Of a stretch of DNA of 64,000 bases, positions 53,081-61,931 are shown piece after piece. Both the position numbers and the translations under genes were made by a program. Within the stretch, counting starts at the first letter, position 1. Each line of letters begins with the position of its first letter. The DNA comes from an uncultured Lachnoclostridium sp. (GTDB lineage Bacteria; Bacillota; Clostridia; Lachnospirales; Lachnospiraceae). The notes under the pieces are model-generated. The model ran no database searches, was not told the origin of the DNA, and saw only the letters and a program-made list of their open reading frames with translations. Location of the stretch: contig CALFNR010000144.1 of the NCBI GenBank assembly GCA_937903005.1, positions 21,948 through 85,947 of the forward strand, written 5' to 3'.

Positions 53081-54226
53081 CTATGCTAATTCAACAAATC
53101 TGATGGCTTCTGGCTGAACGATTTTCACGTCTACATAAGCATCAAGAACTAATGTTACAGTTCCTTTTAAAGCGTTGTGTCTATCACCATCGATAGTTTT
53201 TAATCCAACTTCTTTCTTAACCATACCTTTGAATGCATGAGCGAAGTTTGCTAAGAAGATTTTACCTTTAGCAGCATCATTGATTAAGATAGTTAAACCA
53301 AATAATTTATAAGCGATAGTTCCATCAACTTCCTGTGCTCTCACAACGTAGAAGTGTCCGTTACCATCTTTCATAGCAGCTAATTTCTCAAACGCTGCTC
53401 TATCCATTACCCATTTTGCACCTGTTTGGTAAACAGTTTTCATGTTAGCAGCCATTTTCATCATATCATCGATAGTTAATGTTCCAGGTACGCCTAATTC
53501 AACTTTGCAAGTTTCTGGAGCATTTACAAGACCTTCAATAGATTTTGTTCCATCACCAGTAACCATTGCTCTATCTAATGCGTAACCAAGTCTACGGAAT
53601 AATAATTCCTGAGAGTAAGCAACTACATCGATACCAGCATCGTTGATTAATTTTTGAGATAACTCGATAGCTGCACCAGCTCTTTTCTGAGTTAATTCAA
53701 CAAAATCTGTTTTAACGTCAGCTAATGTTAATTCTTCATCTTCACCAACGAAACCAGCTTCACCAAGCTGTTTTTCTCTAGCTACTCTTAATGTACCTGC
53801 AACTGGTGTTAATTTTGGTACTTCTGCAAATAATGGAGCAACCTCTGGAAGAGTTTTCACTAATTCACCGTGAAGGTACTCAGGTACTAAATGGCCGTTT
53901 GCACCGTAAGTCATTGCTCTAACTTCTTCGCCATCTGTCTTTCTAAGGTACTGCTCTACGCCTCTTACTTCTAGTTCTTTGTTCATTTCCATACTTCTTT
54001 CTTCTCCTTTAAGATCGTTATTTTCTACAACTTCAACAACCGCGCCTTCTTTTGCACGCTCTTCTGTTGCTTTGATTTCATTGTTTAAATCTTCTATTTC
54101 AGCTTTTAAAGCTATATATTTTTCATTCTCTTCATCTGTTAGACCTCTAACTTCTGTCTCGCAAGCAGCTAATAATTCCTCTGCCTGTGCGATAAGAGAA
54201 TTTTTCTTTTCAATTAACTTTTTCAT
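53081..54226 (-). CDS. major capsid protein, HK97 family
   Basis: 381 aa, coiled-coil delta-like N-terminus, position after the prohead protease. Confidence 0.9.
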   Translation of the reverse strand: MKKLIEKKNSLIAQAEELLAACETEVRGLTDEENEKYIALKAEIEDLNNEIKATEERAKEGAVVEVVENNDLKGEERSMEMNKELEVRGVEQYLRKTDGEEVRAMTYGANGHLVPEYLHGELVKTLPEVAPLFAEVPKLTPVAGTLRVAREKQLGEAGFVGEDEELTLADVKTDFVELTQKRAGAAIELSQKLINDAGIDVVAYSQELLFRRLGYALDRAMVTGDGTKSIEGLVNAPETCKVELGVPGTLTIDDMMKMAANMKTVYQTGAKWVMDRAAFEKLAAMKDGNGHFYVVRAQEVDGTIAYKLFGLTILINDAAKGKIFLANFAHAFKGMVKKEVGLKTIDGDRHNALKGTVTLVLDAYVDVKIVQPEAIRFVELA

Positions 54227-54237
54227 TGAAAATCCTC

Positions 54238-55197
54238 CTATTTAAGTCCTTGTAGTTCTTTGTATTTATGGAATAAATCCATGATCTTTGCCTTATCATC
54301 AACCTCTGGTGCCGATACCACTTCATCCTCTTTTGGAGTTTCCGTTTGAACAGGCTCATTCACTTCCGGATTGCTTTCCGAAATCATGCTATCTTCCTTT
54401 TTGCTTTCTTCTTGAATCGTTTCTGAATCATTTTTGATTTTTTCTATAATTATTTTATCATCGTTTTGTAATTCATTCTGATTCGTCTTTACTTCTTCAC
54501 TATTACTATTTGAAATCATTTCCTCATTTTTTGTAATTTCCTTTGCGGTCGTTTTTTCATTAGACTGCATTAATTCAGCAAGAAGTTCTTTTTTAAGCTC
54601 AGCCTTCAACGCATCAACGTCAATTGCTCTTTCTTCGACCTCTTCATCAAGTTCTTTTGGAATCTCAACATCTTCGATAAGGTCAATTCCACGTGCTGCG
54701 ATTGCAGATTGCGGATAAGCTGGATTTCGAACAGCCGAAACCTCTAGTAGTTCTAAGCTTTCAATCATTCTTTCATAAATTCCATCAACACCCTTTTTCC
54801 AGCTGTCTTTGACAACCTTGAACCCAAAGCTCATGTGAGAAATAACCTTCTCGCTCATAAGAGTGTAAAAATCTTTACCATAGCTTGTAGGGGCGATTTT
54901 GGCTCTCATTTTTAAGCCTTCTTCATCTTCCCAAAGCTGCAGCGAACCATTTTCAGTAGTTGCCAGTAATGCTTCTTGCTTGTGTTCTCCAAGGAAGTCA
55001 ATACGTCTTGCTTCTTGAATTGCTTTATCAAATGCACCCTTGACGATCTGCTCTCTAAATTTCTTTCTGTTACCGAGAACATGAGACCAACTTCCTGTTT
55101 CATTTACTAATCCTTCAACAACTAAATCATCATTACTTGTAAATTCAGTCGAAGAGGACAAAACCCTAAGCTCCATCTTTTCCAATTCCCTTTTCAC
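54238..55197 (-). CDS. HK97-family prohead protease with acidic C-terminal extension
   Basis: FLGEHK..ISHMSFGFKV..LLEVSAVRNPAYP. The start is ambiguous (GTG 55197, TTG 55185 or ATG 55176). Confidence 0.8.
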   Translation of the reverse strand: MKRELEKMELRVLSSSTEFTSNDDLVVEGLVNETGSWSHVLGNRKKFREQIVKGAFDKAIQEARRIDFLGEHKQEALLATTENGSLQLWEDEEGLKMRAKIAPTSYGKDFYTLMSEKVISHMSFGFKVVKDSWKKGVDGIYERMIESLELLEVSAVRNPAYPQSAIAARGIDLIEDVEIPKELDEEVEERAIDVDALKAELKKELLAELMQSNEKTTAKEITKNEEMISNSNSEEVKTNQNELQNDDKIIIEKIKNDSETIQEESKKEDSMISESNPEVNEPVQTETPKEDEVVSAPEVDDKAKIMDLFHKYKELQGLK

Positions 55198-55210
55198 CTC
55201 CTGTAATTAA

Positions 55211-55250
55211 TCAAAACAAAAAAGCACATCCGGATAACCAGACATGCTTT
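55211..55250 (-). terminator. terminator-like hairpin after the small membrane ORF
   Basis: AAAGCATGTCTGG-ttat-CCGGATGTGCTTT (with G-U pairs) plus TTTGTTTT. Confidence 0.5.
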
Positions 55251-55259
55251 CAATAAACT

Positions 55260-55481
55260 TTACCAACCTGAATTATTTCTCTTATTGCCTTTCTTGTTTA
55301 ATTCGACAATCAGACTTGTTAGCACGGAAACAACACCAATAGACAATATCAATGTTGGCACTCCGTAAGTTATTTTGATAAAATACAGAATGAAGATAAT
55401 TCCGACCAGTAAACAATAATTACTGAAGTTCCTGATCAGGTGCTGAAGGGTCACTGTCAGAGCTTGAACCACTTTGTTCAT
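55260..55481 (-). CDS. 73-aa two-TM membrane protein overlapping the portal 3' end
   Basis: ATG 55481 is 9 nt after AAGGAG. Two hydrophobic helices and a basic tail, followed by a terminator hairpin. Confidence 0.45.
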   Translation of the reverse strand: MNKVVQALTVTLQHLIRNFSNYCLLVGIIFILYFIKITYGVPTLILSIGVVSVLTSLIVELNKKGNKRNNSGW

Positions 55482-56751
55482 CCTTATCTTCTCCTTGCTT
55501 TTGATTTGGCTTATCATAGCCATCAATTCCGATACCCATGTTTGGTATCTTCATTTCTCCGGTTTCCGGATAATACAACACCGAACCAAGAGACCATTTC
55601 ATAATATCATCCTTAATTCCCTTAAGATTTAACTTATATCTCGCTTCATTCAAAGTGATGATACCAGTATCAAGACCTACTTTTAATGATTCGTACCTTT
55701 CCTTTTCAGTCGTTCTAAGAACTTCCGATGTATCAAACGCGAAGAACATACCCTTTTCCTTTTCTTCTTCAAGAAGCAAGGATTTATTAAGACCGTCTTC
55801 GATTGCACAGATAATCGGGCTTAGTGTGTACTGCAGGAAGAAGATATTGTTCTGTTCCAGTGATCCATACTTATTCGCGTTCGGATTAACCAAACTTTCA
55901 GGAATATTGAACAGACGACAAATATCACTGATATTGTCTTTTTTATTCTCATTTAAAAGCAAATCTCTAGGGTTTAATGATACAGCCTTATATTCAAGTC
56001 CTTCTTCTAAAATAACCGTTTTACCAGCGTTAGAAGAGCCTGAATACAATCTACTCCAGGACTCACGAAGCCTTTCAACTGCGTCTCTTGTTAAACGCCC
56101 TTTGGCTTGGAGCACACCAAGCGGCAATGTACCATTCTTATAAATATTTTCTGTGTAATTCAATTCCTCATTTACAACTTTGAAAATACTCTTACCGTAA
56201 TAGAGAGCTCCTTTGGAAGTCAATCCGTCTTCACTCTCTTTGAGACAAATCATTAATTCATGCGGCTTGAATATTTCTTGTCCGCATTCTCCGTTAAGAA
56301 TAATATCAGCATCTTCTACCCTGTAGCCCCTCTTTTTATAGAGCTTTACAGTAAGGTTCTTGGACTCTAAATTATAAAGACCAGTAACCTCGTTTCTGAC
56401 GCTTTCGATATATGAATAACTTCCACCGTGTAAAAGATAATCCTTTACGATATTTTTCTTAAAGTTATAAGCTGTCTGCATTGAGTTTGGCTCGTTATTT
56501 AAGAGATATTCTCTATGGTCCTCTACTCTCTCAATGCTGCCATCTCCATTGTCTTTATATAAATAAACTGGAAGCTGCGCGATTGTCCCACCGATGATTT
56601 CTAAAATAGCTTGAACTGTTGGTATTCTTACAACATCATCTTCATGCGCTGTTGTCACTCCATAGAATGAAGTGATTCCTGTTGAATACATTCGTTCTTC
56701 AAGGTTTGCTGTGTTAGAGTTGTCTTCTCTTAAAAAATCAAATAAACCCAT
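55420..56751 (-). CDS. portal protein, HK97 family
   Basis: 443 aa, position between the terminase and protease, acidic disordered C-terminus. Confidence 0.9.
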   Translation of the reverse strand: MGLFDFLREDNSNTANLEERMYSTGITSFYGVTTAHEDDVVRIPTVQAILEIIGGTIAQLPVYLYKDNGDGSIERVEDHREYLLNNEPNSMQTAYNFKKNIVKDYLLHGGSYSYIESVRNEVTGLYNLESKNLTVKLYKKRGYRVEDADIILNGECGQEIFKPHELMICLKESEDGLTSKGALYYGKSIFKVVNEELNYTENIYKNGTLPLGVLQAKGRLTRDAVERLRESWSRLYSGSSNAGKTVILEEGLEYKAVSLNPRDLLLNENKKDNISDICRLFNIPESLVNPNANKYGSLEQNNIFFLQYTLSPIICAIEDGLNKSLLLEEEKEKGMFFAFDTSEVLRTTEKERYESLKVGLDTGIITLNEARYKLNLKGIKDDIMKWSLGSVLYYPETGEMKIPNMGIGIDGYDKPNQKQGEDKDEQSGSSSDSDPSAPDQELQ

Positions 56752-56776
56752 TCTCTTGCCTACCTTTATTATTCAT

Positions 56777-56820
56777 TGTATTTATATTGTTGAATCAATA
56801 TATCTCTATTATATATATAT
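56777..56820 (-). promoter_or_regulatory. late-operon motif (candidate late promoter)
   Basis: Minus strand reads ATATATATATAATAGAGATATAT-N-CAATATAAATACA, about 25 nt upstream of the portal ATG. Confidence 0.5.
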
Positions 56821-56922
56821 CCGTAACTACCAAATGTTCACGCTTATTTGGAATATTTTTATAAAAAATTCTACTATCCCTTTGCCGCCTCACAAGGTGA
56901 GTCGGGTTAAGTGATTTAAAGT

Positions 56923-56996
56923 AGTTGTGAACAGTTTCAAATAGTTTGTTTTAGTTGTTAGTATTTCGTTTCAGTTTGTAATAGTTATATGTTGTT
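56923..56996. repeat. helically phased 10-bp repeat (AGTT every 10 bp, 8 units)
   Basis: AGTT (or ATTT/TGTT) begins at 56923, 56933, 56943, 56953, 56963, 56973, 56983 and 56993. Confidence 0.7.
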
Positions 56997-57161
56997 TCAA
57001 TTAATTACTAATTAATATTAGATATAATAAGCCTTAAGTTACTTAACTTGATAGTTTGAAACAAGAAAGATCCATACTCAATCAAGCCTTGTATGGATTT
57101 GTAATCTTGCCAAACTCGGTTCCTACCAGTATTATTTTTCAGTTAGAATACTAAAACTAAC

Positions 57162-57193
57162 AAAACGGTTTTTTATCAAGAAACGGTTTTTAA
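57162..57193. repeat. two direct repeats AAACGGTTTTT, 18 bp apart
   Basis: AAAACGGTTTTTTA (57162) and GAAACGGTTTTTAA (57180). Confidence 0.6.
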
Positions 57194-57398
57194 TTAAAAC
57201 TTGTAAAGATTATAATAGCTTGACGTACATATTATTGAGACCAAAGAAGTGGACCGTAGGAGCAGTAACCACCTGAATGGAACAACGTATCAATTTCTTA
57301 TGCGACAGCTGATAAAACTTATCTTTCTTTTTGATAAACCAGTAGAATCGGCAAAACAACTGGATAGTACTATTAAAATACTGTTTTTATTCAATTAC

Positions 57399-57434
57399 AT
57401 ATTTATATTATATAATGTTATTTCCAAAAGTAAA
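57399..57434 (-). promoter_or_regulatory. class-A cassette on the minus strand, firing into the ORF-free terL-portal gap
   Basis: The reverse complement reads TTTACT-N16-TATAATATAAATAT. Confidence 0.55.
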
Positions 57435-57447
57435 CCAATTGGAACGA

Positions 57448-59145
57448 CTAAATCATGATGAATCCTTCGTCTCTTTCATTGGTATCATAGATATTTTTAC
57501 CTTCACTGAACTCTTTCTCCCAGAATACCATAGCATTGATTAGAGCTGCCACCATATCGATTTTTCCGGTACTTTTCTTTTTGTTGATATACCCATTAAG
57601 GTTGGTATCAAGCACAAGTCTTGCATTGGAGAAGTTGATTTCCAACAGCTTATTCTCTTCATAAAGAAACTCTTCTTTCAGCACCACTTCTTTAAGGAAT
57701 TTTGTTGCTGGGTGTAAAACACTTGAATGCTGCTTAATCTCTGTAACTTGATATCCTGCGTTATACCATCTATTTGCAGACCCTATACAGTTATATCTAT
57801 CGTAGCCTATATCAAGAACCTTGACGCCATATGTGTCCTCTAAGGCTATCACAAAGTCCTCTACGAAGGCATGGTCAATAACGTTGTCACCACAATGATA
57901 GCAATAACCTAATTCCTTATACAAGAAATAATCTACTTTTTCCATTTTCGTCTTGTTGGCTGCATTATCTGCAGGTATAAACGCCCATGACTTAGAAACG
58001 AATTTTCCTAGATCGTAATCATACGTAACCATGGAAATGGCGGTGTTATCGGTAGTTTGAGATAAATCGACTCCGATATAAACTTCCCTTCCATACCAAT
58101 CATATCCACTTGTGGCACACTTTCTTACATTGTCCATTGGAATATAGACTTCTGAATCATCACCATCAACGAAGATGTTCATATGCTTGGTTAAGAAGTT
58201 TTTCTTAGCTGAGGGCATTTCTATTGCAATATTTCTCTGCTTTTTCAGATACTCTAAGTTTTCCGGTACATCGAAACATAACGGATTAGCTTCTAAAAGT
58301 GATATATCGCTCATCCACTCTTTTGGATTATCTGGCTTATATAACAAAGCAAATAAGGTGTCGTCCTCGATAACTCCATCTAGGACCTTCTCTGCGTACT
58401 CTACCTCTTGTGTCATTGGATTATCTGTACTTTCATAAGCTGTACTAATCAGGATTCCTGTACGGTTAACCATTGACATCTGCGAAGATTGCATGGCATC
58501 GATTGGATATCTAGTACGTAGTGCTCCAACTTCATCAGCTACGAATACATTGGCTTTACGCCCATCCATACGGTTTTCTGAATTGGCAAGCGCAACATAT
58601 TTACTCTTTGTAAGCTCACACCTTACCTCACTACGGAGAGGTTTAAATCGGCTTGCAATCAACGGAGAAGCTTGTATCATCTGCTCAATTTCTTTCTTTA
58701 CAATCGATGACAGCTCTCTATCTGGTGCAACCGAGTAAAACTCCGAAAACTCTGGTTCGATTAACAATAAGATAACGAAAATTAGTGCAACTAAAAACGA
58801 CTTACCTGACTTTCTAGCTATCAGTAAGGTTGATTTTTCATACCTTCTTTTGATTGGATTATCCTTATGGTACCAACATAAGGCATTAACTAAAAAGAAC
58901 CACTGGAAACCAGCTAGAGCATCATGAGCTGATACCCCAACCTTTAAACCAGTGGCCATATTTATAAGTTTTGTTATATTTGTTATTTTCTTTAATTCAT
59001 CCTCTTTGATGAAGTATTTGCAATTAGGATCGTCTATATCTTTCAGGAAGTTTTCACAGGCTTTAATTACGTATTTTCCAGCCGTCTCTTCCTTGTTTAC
59101 GACTCGAACCGCATAAGCATAAGCCTTATGTTCTTTGATGTTCAT
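57448..59145 (-). CDS. terL: terminase large subunit
   Basis: 565 aa, Walker-A-like ARKSGKS, ATGA overlap with the small-subunit stop. Confidence 0.9.
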   Translation of the reverse strand: MNIKEHKAYAYAVRVVNKEETAGKYVIKACENFLKDIDDPNCKYFIKEDELKKITNITKLINMATGLKVGVSAHDALAGFQWFFLVNALCWYHKDNPIKRRYEKSTLLIARKSGKSFLVALIFVILLLIEPEFSEFYSVAPDRELSSIVKKEIEQMIQASPLIASRFKPLRSEVRCELTKSKYVALANSENRMDGRKANVFVADEVGALRTRYPIDAMQSSQMSMVNRTGILISTAYESTDNPMTQEVEYAEKVLDGVIEDDTLFALLYKPDNPKEWMSDISLLEANPLCFDVPENLEYLKKQRNIAIEMPSAKKNFLTKHMNIFVDGDDSEVYIPMDNVRKCATSGYDWYGREVYIGVDLSQTTDNTAISMVTYDYDLGKFVSKSWAFIPADNAANKTKMEKVDYFLYKELGYCYHCGDNVIDHAFVEDFVIALEDTYGVKVLDIGYDRYNCIGSANRWYNAGYQVTEIKQHSSVLHPATKFLKEVVLKEEFLYEENKLLEINFSNARLVLDTNLNGYINKKKSTGKIDMVAALINAMVFWEKEFSEGKNIYDTNERDEGFIMI

Positions 59146-59639
59146 TATTCACCTCTAAGAACTTTAAGCAATGGATCCTCTTCCGTTTGCTTCGCTTCCA
59201 TTTGTTTCCCTGCTAGAGCTGAACGTGCTGCAGGTGATAATCCTAATTGATTGCATAGAGCTGCGTACTTTGTTTGATAGTTTAGTTTTACTTTGATACA
59301 TGGATTTTCTTTCTCTTCCATATTCCCAAACCTATCAATTTTTGGAACTAGTATTCCGTTAGTTCTGATATGATCGTCGCACTGTCTCATGACATGTAAG
59401 CAGTTTGCAGTCTGCTCTATCAGCGGTTTATCCAGGTTAGTTAAAATTCCACTGATTTCAATTTCGTTTACAAGCCATGTATAATATATCTTTTCTTCAT
59501 CTGATAAGTATTCGGGAATGGACTTCACATCGTCAGAATTGCCCATGAGCTGTCTCTCAATCTCTTCTCTTCTTTGTAACTGTTCCTTCGTCTCCGATTT
59601 TCCCTTCTTAAGAGACGCTGGCTTTCTCGCTCTGCTCAT
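59145..59639 (-). CDS. terS: terminase small subunit (P27-like)
   Basis: ..YAALCNQLGLSPAARSAL.. pattern. Position upstream of terL. Confidence 0.8.
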   Translation of the reverse strand: MSRARKPASLKKGKSETKEQLQRREEIERQLMGNSDDVKSIPEYLSDEEKIYYTWLVNEIEISGILTNLDKPLIEQTANCLHVMRQCDDHIRTNGILVPKIDRFGNMEEKENPCIKVKLNYQTKYAALCNQLGLSPAARSALAGKQMEAKQTEEDPLLKVLRGE

Positions 59640-59662
59640 TCCATTTCACTCTCCTTATTAAT

Positions 59663-60040
59663 TTATAAATTAAAACTGTTTTGTTTGGTATTCCATTCAA
59701 AATCTAGCTTATCCGATGTTCCTAAGGCCGAGTTGCATGAACCACATACGCAGATTAGGTTATCATCATCCCAGGCAAGTTCAGGATAATGATTTCTGGA
59801 CTTGATATGATGGACCGATAAATCGGTAGTGGTAATCAGTTTATATTTGATTAAACACCTCTGACACATGTTGTTATCTCGTCTTCGGATAAACTCTCTT
59901 TTCTTTTTCCATCTGTAAGATCCAATCATCGGATCTCTTTCATAATTTCTTCTTGCTTCGGTATTTGCAGCTTTTCTACATTCACATCTAGTACCCTCAT
60001 TAAAAAATTTACCGCAGCTACCACATATCTTTTTCCTCAT
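59663..60040 (-). CDS. HNH endonuclease
   Basis: CxxC..C.C, DLSVHHIKSR, and CVCGSCNSALG Cys/His pattern. Classic position next to the terminase in HK97-like cos phages. Confidence 0.85.
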   Translation of the reverse strand: MRKKICGSCGKFFNEGTRCECRKAANTEARRNYERDPMIGSYRWKKKREFIRRRDNNMCQRCLIKYKLITTTDLSVHHIKSRNHYPELAWDDDNLICVCGSCNSALGTSDKLDFEWNTKQNSFNL

Positions 60041-60072
60041 AAAATGAAGAAAGACGCCTATAATGGCGCCTT
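60041..60072 (-). terminator. terminator-like hairpin between the phosphoesterase and HNH genes
   Basis: AAGGCGCC-attata-GGCGTCTT pairs better on the minus strand (one G-U), then TCTTCATTTT. Confidence 0.45.
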
Positions 60073-60109
60073 TATATGAACTAAATTATTGGAGGGTACA
60101 ATAATTCTA

Positions 60110-61270
60110 TTAACTTGCATTCTTAATCCTCGCTAGATTAAATAATTTGATATCAGTCAATCCATAACCATCTTCGATAGTATACATGGTTGCTCCAGGA
60201 TTACTTGTTTTTAGTATTTTCTTGCTATATGGACAAACTCCCACAAAAGAAGGAGCCACAAGCACCATACAATCACTATCAGTTTCTTTGATATTTGTAT
60301 GATGAACGTGGCCCATCAGTAGGTAATTATAGAATTTTTTATTTGTCATTGATAAATCTCTGATTGCATTATCAATACTCTTAACCGTATGACCGTGCAT
60401 ACAGATAAATTCATATCCATAGATATTCATTTCTATATAAGGCTTTGTCATATCAGTATGGACGTAAACTCTCTCATTGTCTGATAAAACATCCTTAATA
60501 TAGCTCATGATCACTTTTTCAAAGTCTTCCTCAGGCATAGCTCCAGCTTGTGTTCCAATGAATCTCGGTTCACTATGGTTTGCTGATGTTATATGATAAT
60601 ATTCCACATTTACATATTCACTAAGATTATTCAGAAATTCAGACATTAGCCTAGAAAAACCAACAATGCTTTCAACAACCGGTAGTTCGTTCTTCTTAAC
60701 ATCTGATAATCTCAACATCCCTTGAATACTGTCTCCGGTATTAACAACCTTGATTCTTTGTATATTATCTCGTTTTACCTTTGTAATAACTCTTGATAAT
60801 AGCGTAAATAATCTTTCTTCACACGTCTTAATATTATAAGAATTTCCTTCAACTTCAAATTCACTTCCGTAATGAATATCGCTCATATGAAGAATATATT
60901 CTTTATCATTATCAGGAAGTTCAGGAATCATTTGATATTTTGGCGGCTCTAATCGTTGAATAACGTCTGAGATCTGCTCGAAAAATAGTTCGTCTCTTGC
61001 GTCTTTTCTAAGATTCTTATTAAGCTCCGATTTAAGAGTAGCCAACTTCATAATCTCTTTCCTGATTTCTAACAACTTCTCGTCGTTCTCTGTATCTTCG
61101 TTTACCATACCAAGATAACCACTATCTATTAATCTTTTATATCCATAAGCTAAGTTCTTTAAATGAGCTACTGAATGCTCGAAATTAGCTGATTCTTTTA
61201 TTTCTTCCCAAGATAATTCACTATTACCAGAAAGTTTGTCATAACATAATTGGATTTCTAAATCTATCAC
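60110..61270 (-). CDS. calcineurin-like metallophosphoesterase with N-terminal helical domain
   Basis: LHMSDIHYG, NTGDSIQG, ANHSE, MHGHT and GHVHH metallophosphatase motifs. Confidence 0.7.
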   Translation of the reverse strand: MIDLEIQLCYDKLSGNSELSWEEIKESANFEHSVAHLKNLAYGYKRLIDSGYLGMVNEDTENDEKLLEIRKEIMKLATLKSELNKNLRKDARDELFFEQISDVIQRLEPPKYQMIPELPDNDKEYILHMSDIHYGSEFEVEGNSYNIKTCEERLFTLLSRVITKVKRDNIQRIKVVNTGDSIQGMLRLSDVKKNELPVVESIVGFSRLMSEFLNNLSEYVNVEYYHITSANHSEPRFIGTQAGAMPEEDFEKVIMSYIKDVLSDNERVYVHTDMTKPYIEMNIYGYEFICMHGHTVKSIDNAIRDLSMTNKKFYNYLLMGHVHHTNIKETDSDCMVLVAPSFVGVCPYSKKILKTSNPGATMYTIEDGYGLTDIKLFNLARIKNAS

Positions 61271-61273
61271 TAT

Positions 61274-61438
61274 TTATTCGCTCTCTTTCCAGTATAATAT
61301 TTCAATTTCCTCTTCTCCAAGCTCTTCTTCTGAATGATAAGTATCGCATTCTGGACACTTGAAAAGAGTAATGTGCTCGAATATCATCATGTTTTCGTAT
61401 ACCAGCCTTAGCTGCTCATTACATTCTTTACACTTCAC
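61274..61438 (-). CDS. 54-aa zinc-ribbon protein (not in ORF track)
   Basis: GTG 8 nt after GGGAG. MKCKECNEQ..FKCPECDTY has two CxxC pairs. Ends 4 nt before the next start. Confidence 0.4.
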   Translation of the reverse strand: MKCKECNEQLRLVYENMMIFEHITLFKCPECDTYHSEEELGEEEIEILYWKESE

Positions 61439-61451
61439 ATTAATGACTCCC

Positions 61452-61491
61452 TATATTTATATTGGATAATTAATATCCCTATTATATATAT
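61452..61491 (-). promoter_or_regulatory. late-operon motif (candidate late promoter)
   Basis: Minus strand reads TATATATAATAGGGATAT-N-CAATATAAATATA at the head of the packaging operon. Confidence 0.5.
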
Positions 61492-61553
61492 CTATTTCTT
61501 GGCATTTTGTTAGCCCATAGTAAACCCGAAAAAAAGTTTTTTTTAAAAAAGTG

Positions 61554-61597
61554 TGTACAATCTTGTCGAAATGATATATAATCAATAATATAAATAC
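61554..61597 (+). promoter_or_regulatory. degenerate class-A-like promoter facing the replicon region
   Basis: TGTACA-N17-TATAAT, then CAATAATATAAATAC. Confidence 0.4.
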
Positions 61598-61635
61598 TAA
61601 ATTGAATAGAATTTGTTTGGATAAACAGAAGAAAT

Positions 61636-61644
61636 GTGGATAAT
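61636..61644 (-). promoter_or_regulatory. perfect DnaA box (TTATCCACA on the minus strand)
   Basis: TGTGGATAA. A one-mismatch copy TTTGGATAA lies at 61616-61624. Confidence 0.55.
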
Positions 61645-61700
61645 TACTTGAAATTATATTTAGATTTATGAAGTTATTAACATTTTATTTCCGATATCTG

Positions 61701-61729
61701 TTGATAAATGAAATTCTTGGTGTTATAAT
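61701..61729 (+). promoter_or_regulatory. consensus sigma-A promoter (extended -10)
   Basis: TTGATA-N17-TATAAT preceded by TGt. Confidence 0.6.
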
Positions 61730-61735
61730 GATAAA

Positions 61736-61931
61736 AAAATAACGATAACAAAGCAAGATGTAACGAGATCGCCAAATCTCTTTACAGAAAGAACCTCAAC
61801 TTCTAACTGCTTATAACATATCGCTTGTATTACCGTTATGTGTAAACTATTAATTAGTTTTATACATCTTATTTTAATCGCAAGTCTAGTAAATGTCAAG
61901 GCAAGAAGTGTATTTTCTATGCCTTTTTTTT
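61736..61931 (+). ncRNA. candidate ~195-nt small RNA
   Basis: Bounded by the 61701-61729 promoter and the 61898-61931 terminator. It contains no ORF with an RBS. Confidence 0.3.
61898..61931 (+). terminator. rho-independent terminator
   Basis: AAGGCAAGAA-gtgtatt-TTCTaTGCCTT plus T8. Confidence 0.7.

Noticed and set aside
53060-53095. Early-type motif (reverse complement of ATTATATAATATAAATAT) between the capsid gene and the next head gene
   Set aside because: The core is perfect but the -35 is poor (TTGAAT with a 15-nt spacer), and it sits immediately before a terminator. Function is doubtful, so it is not listed as a promoter.
57249-57458. Tracked 69-aa + strand ORF in the terL-portal gap
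   Set aside because: It has a non-ATG start without an RBS, runs antisense to the local promoter direction, overlaps the terL stop, and has low-complexity hydrophobic content.
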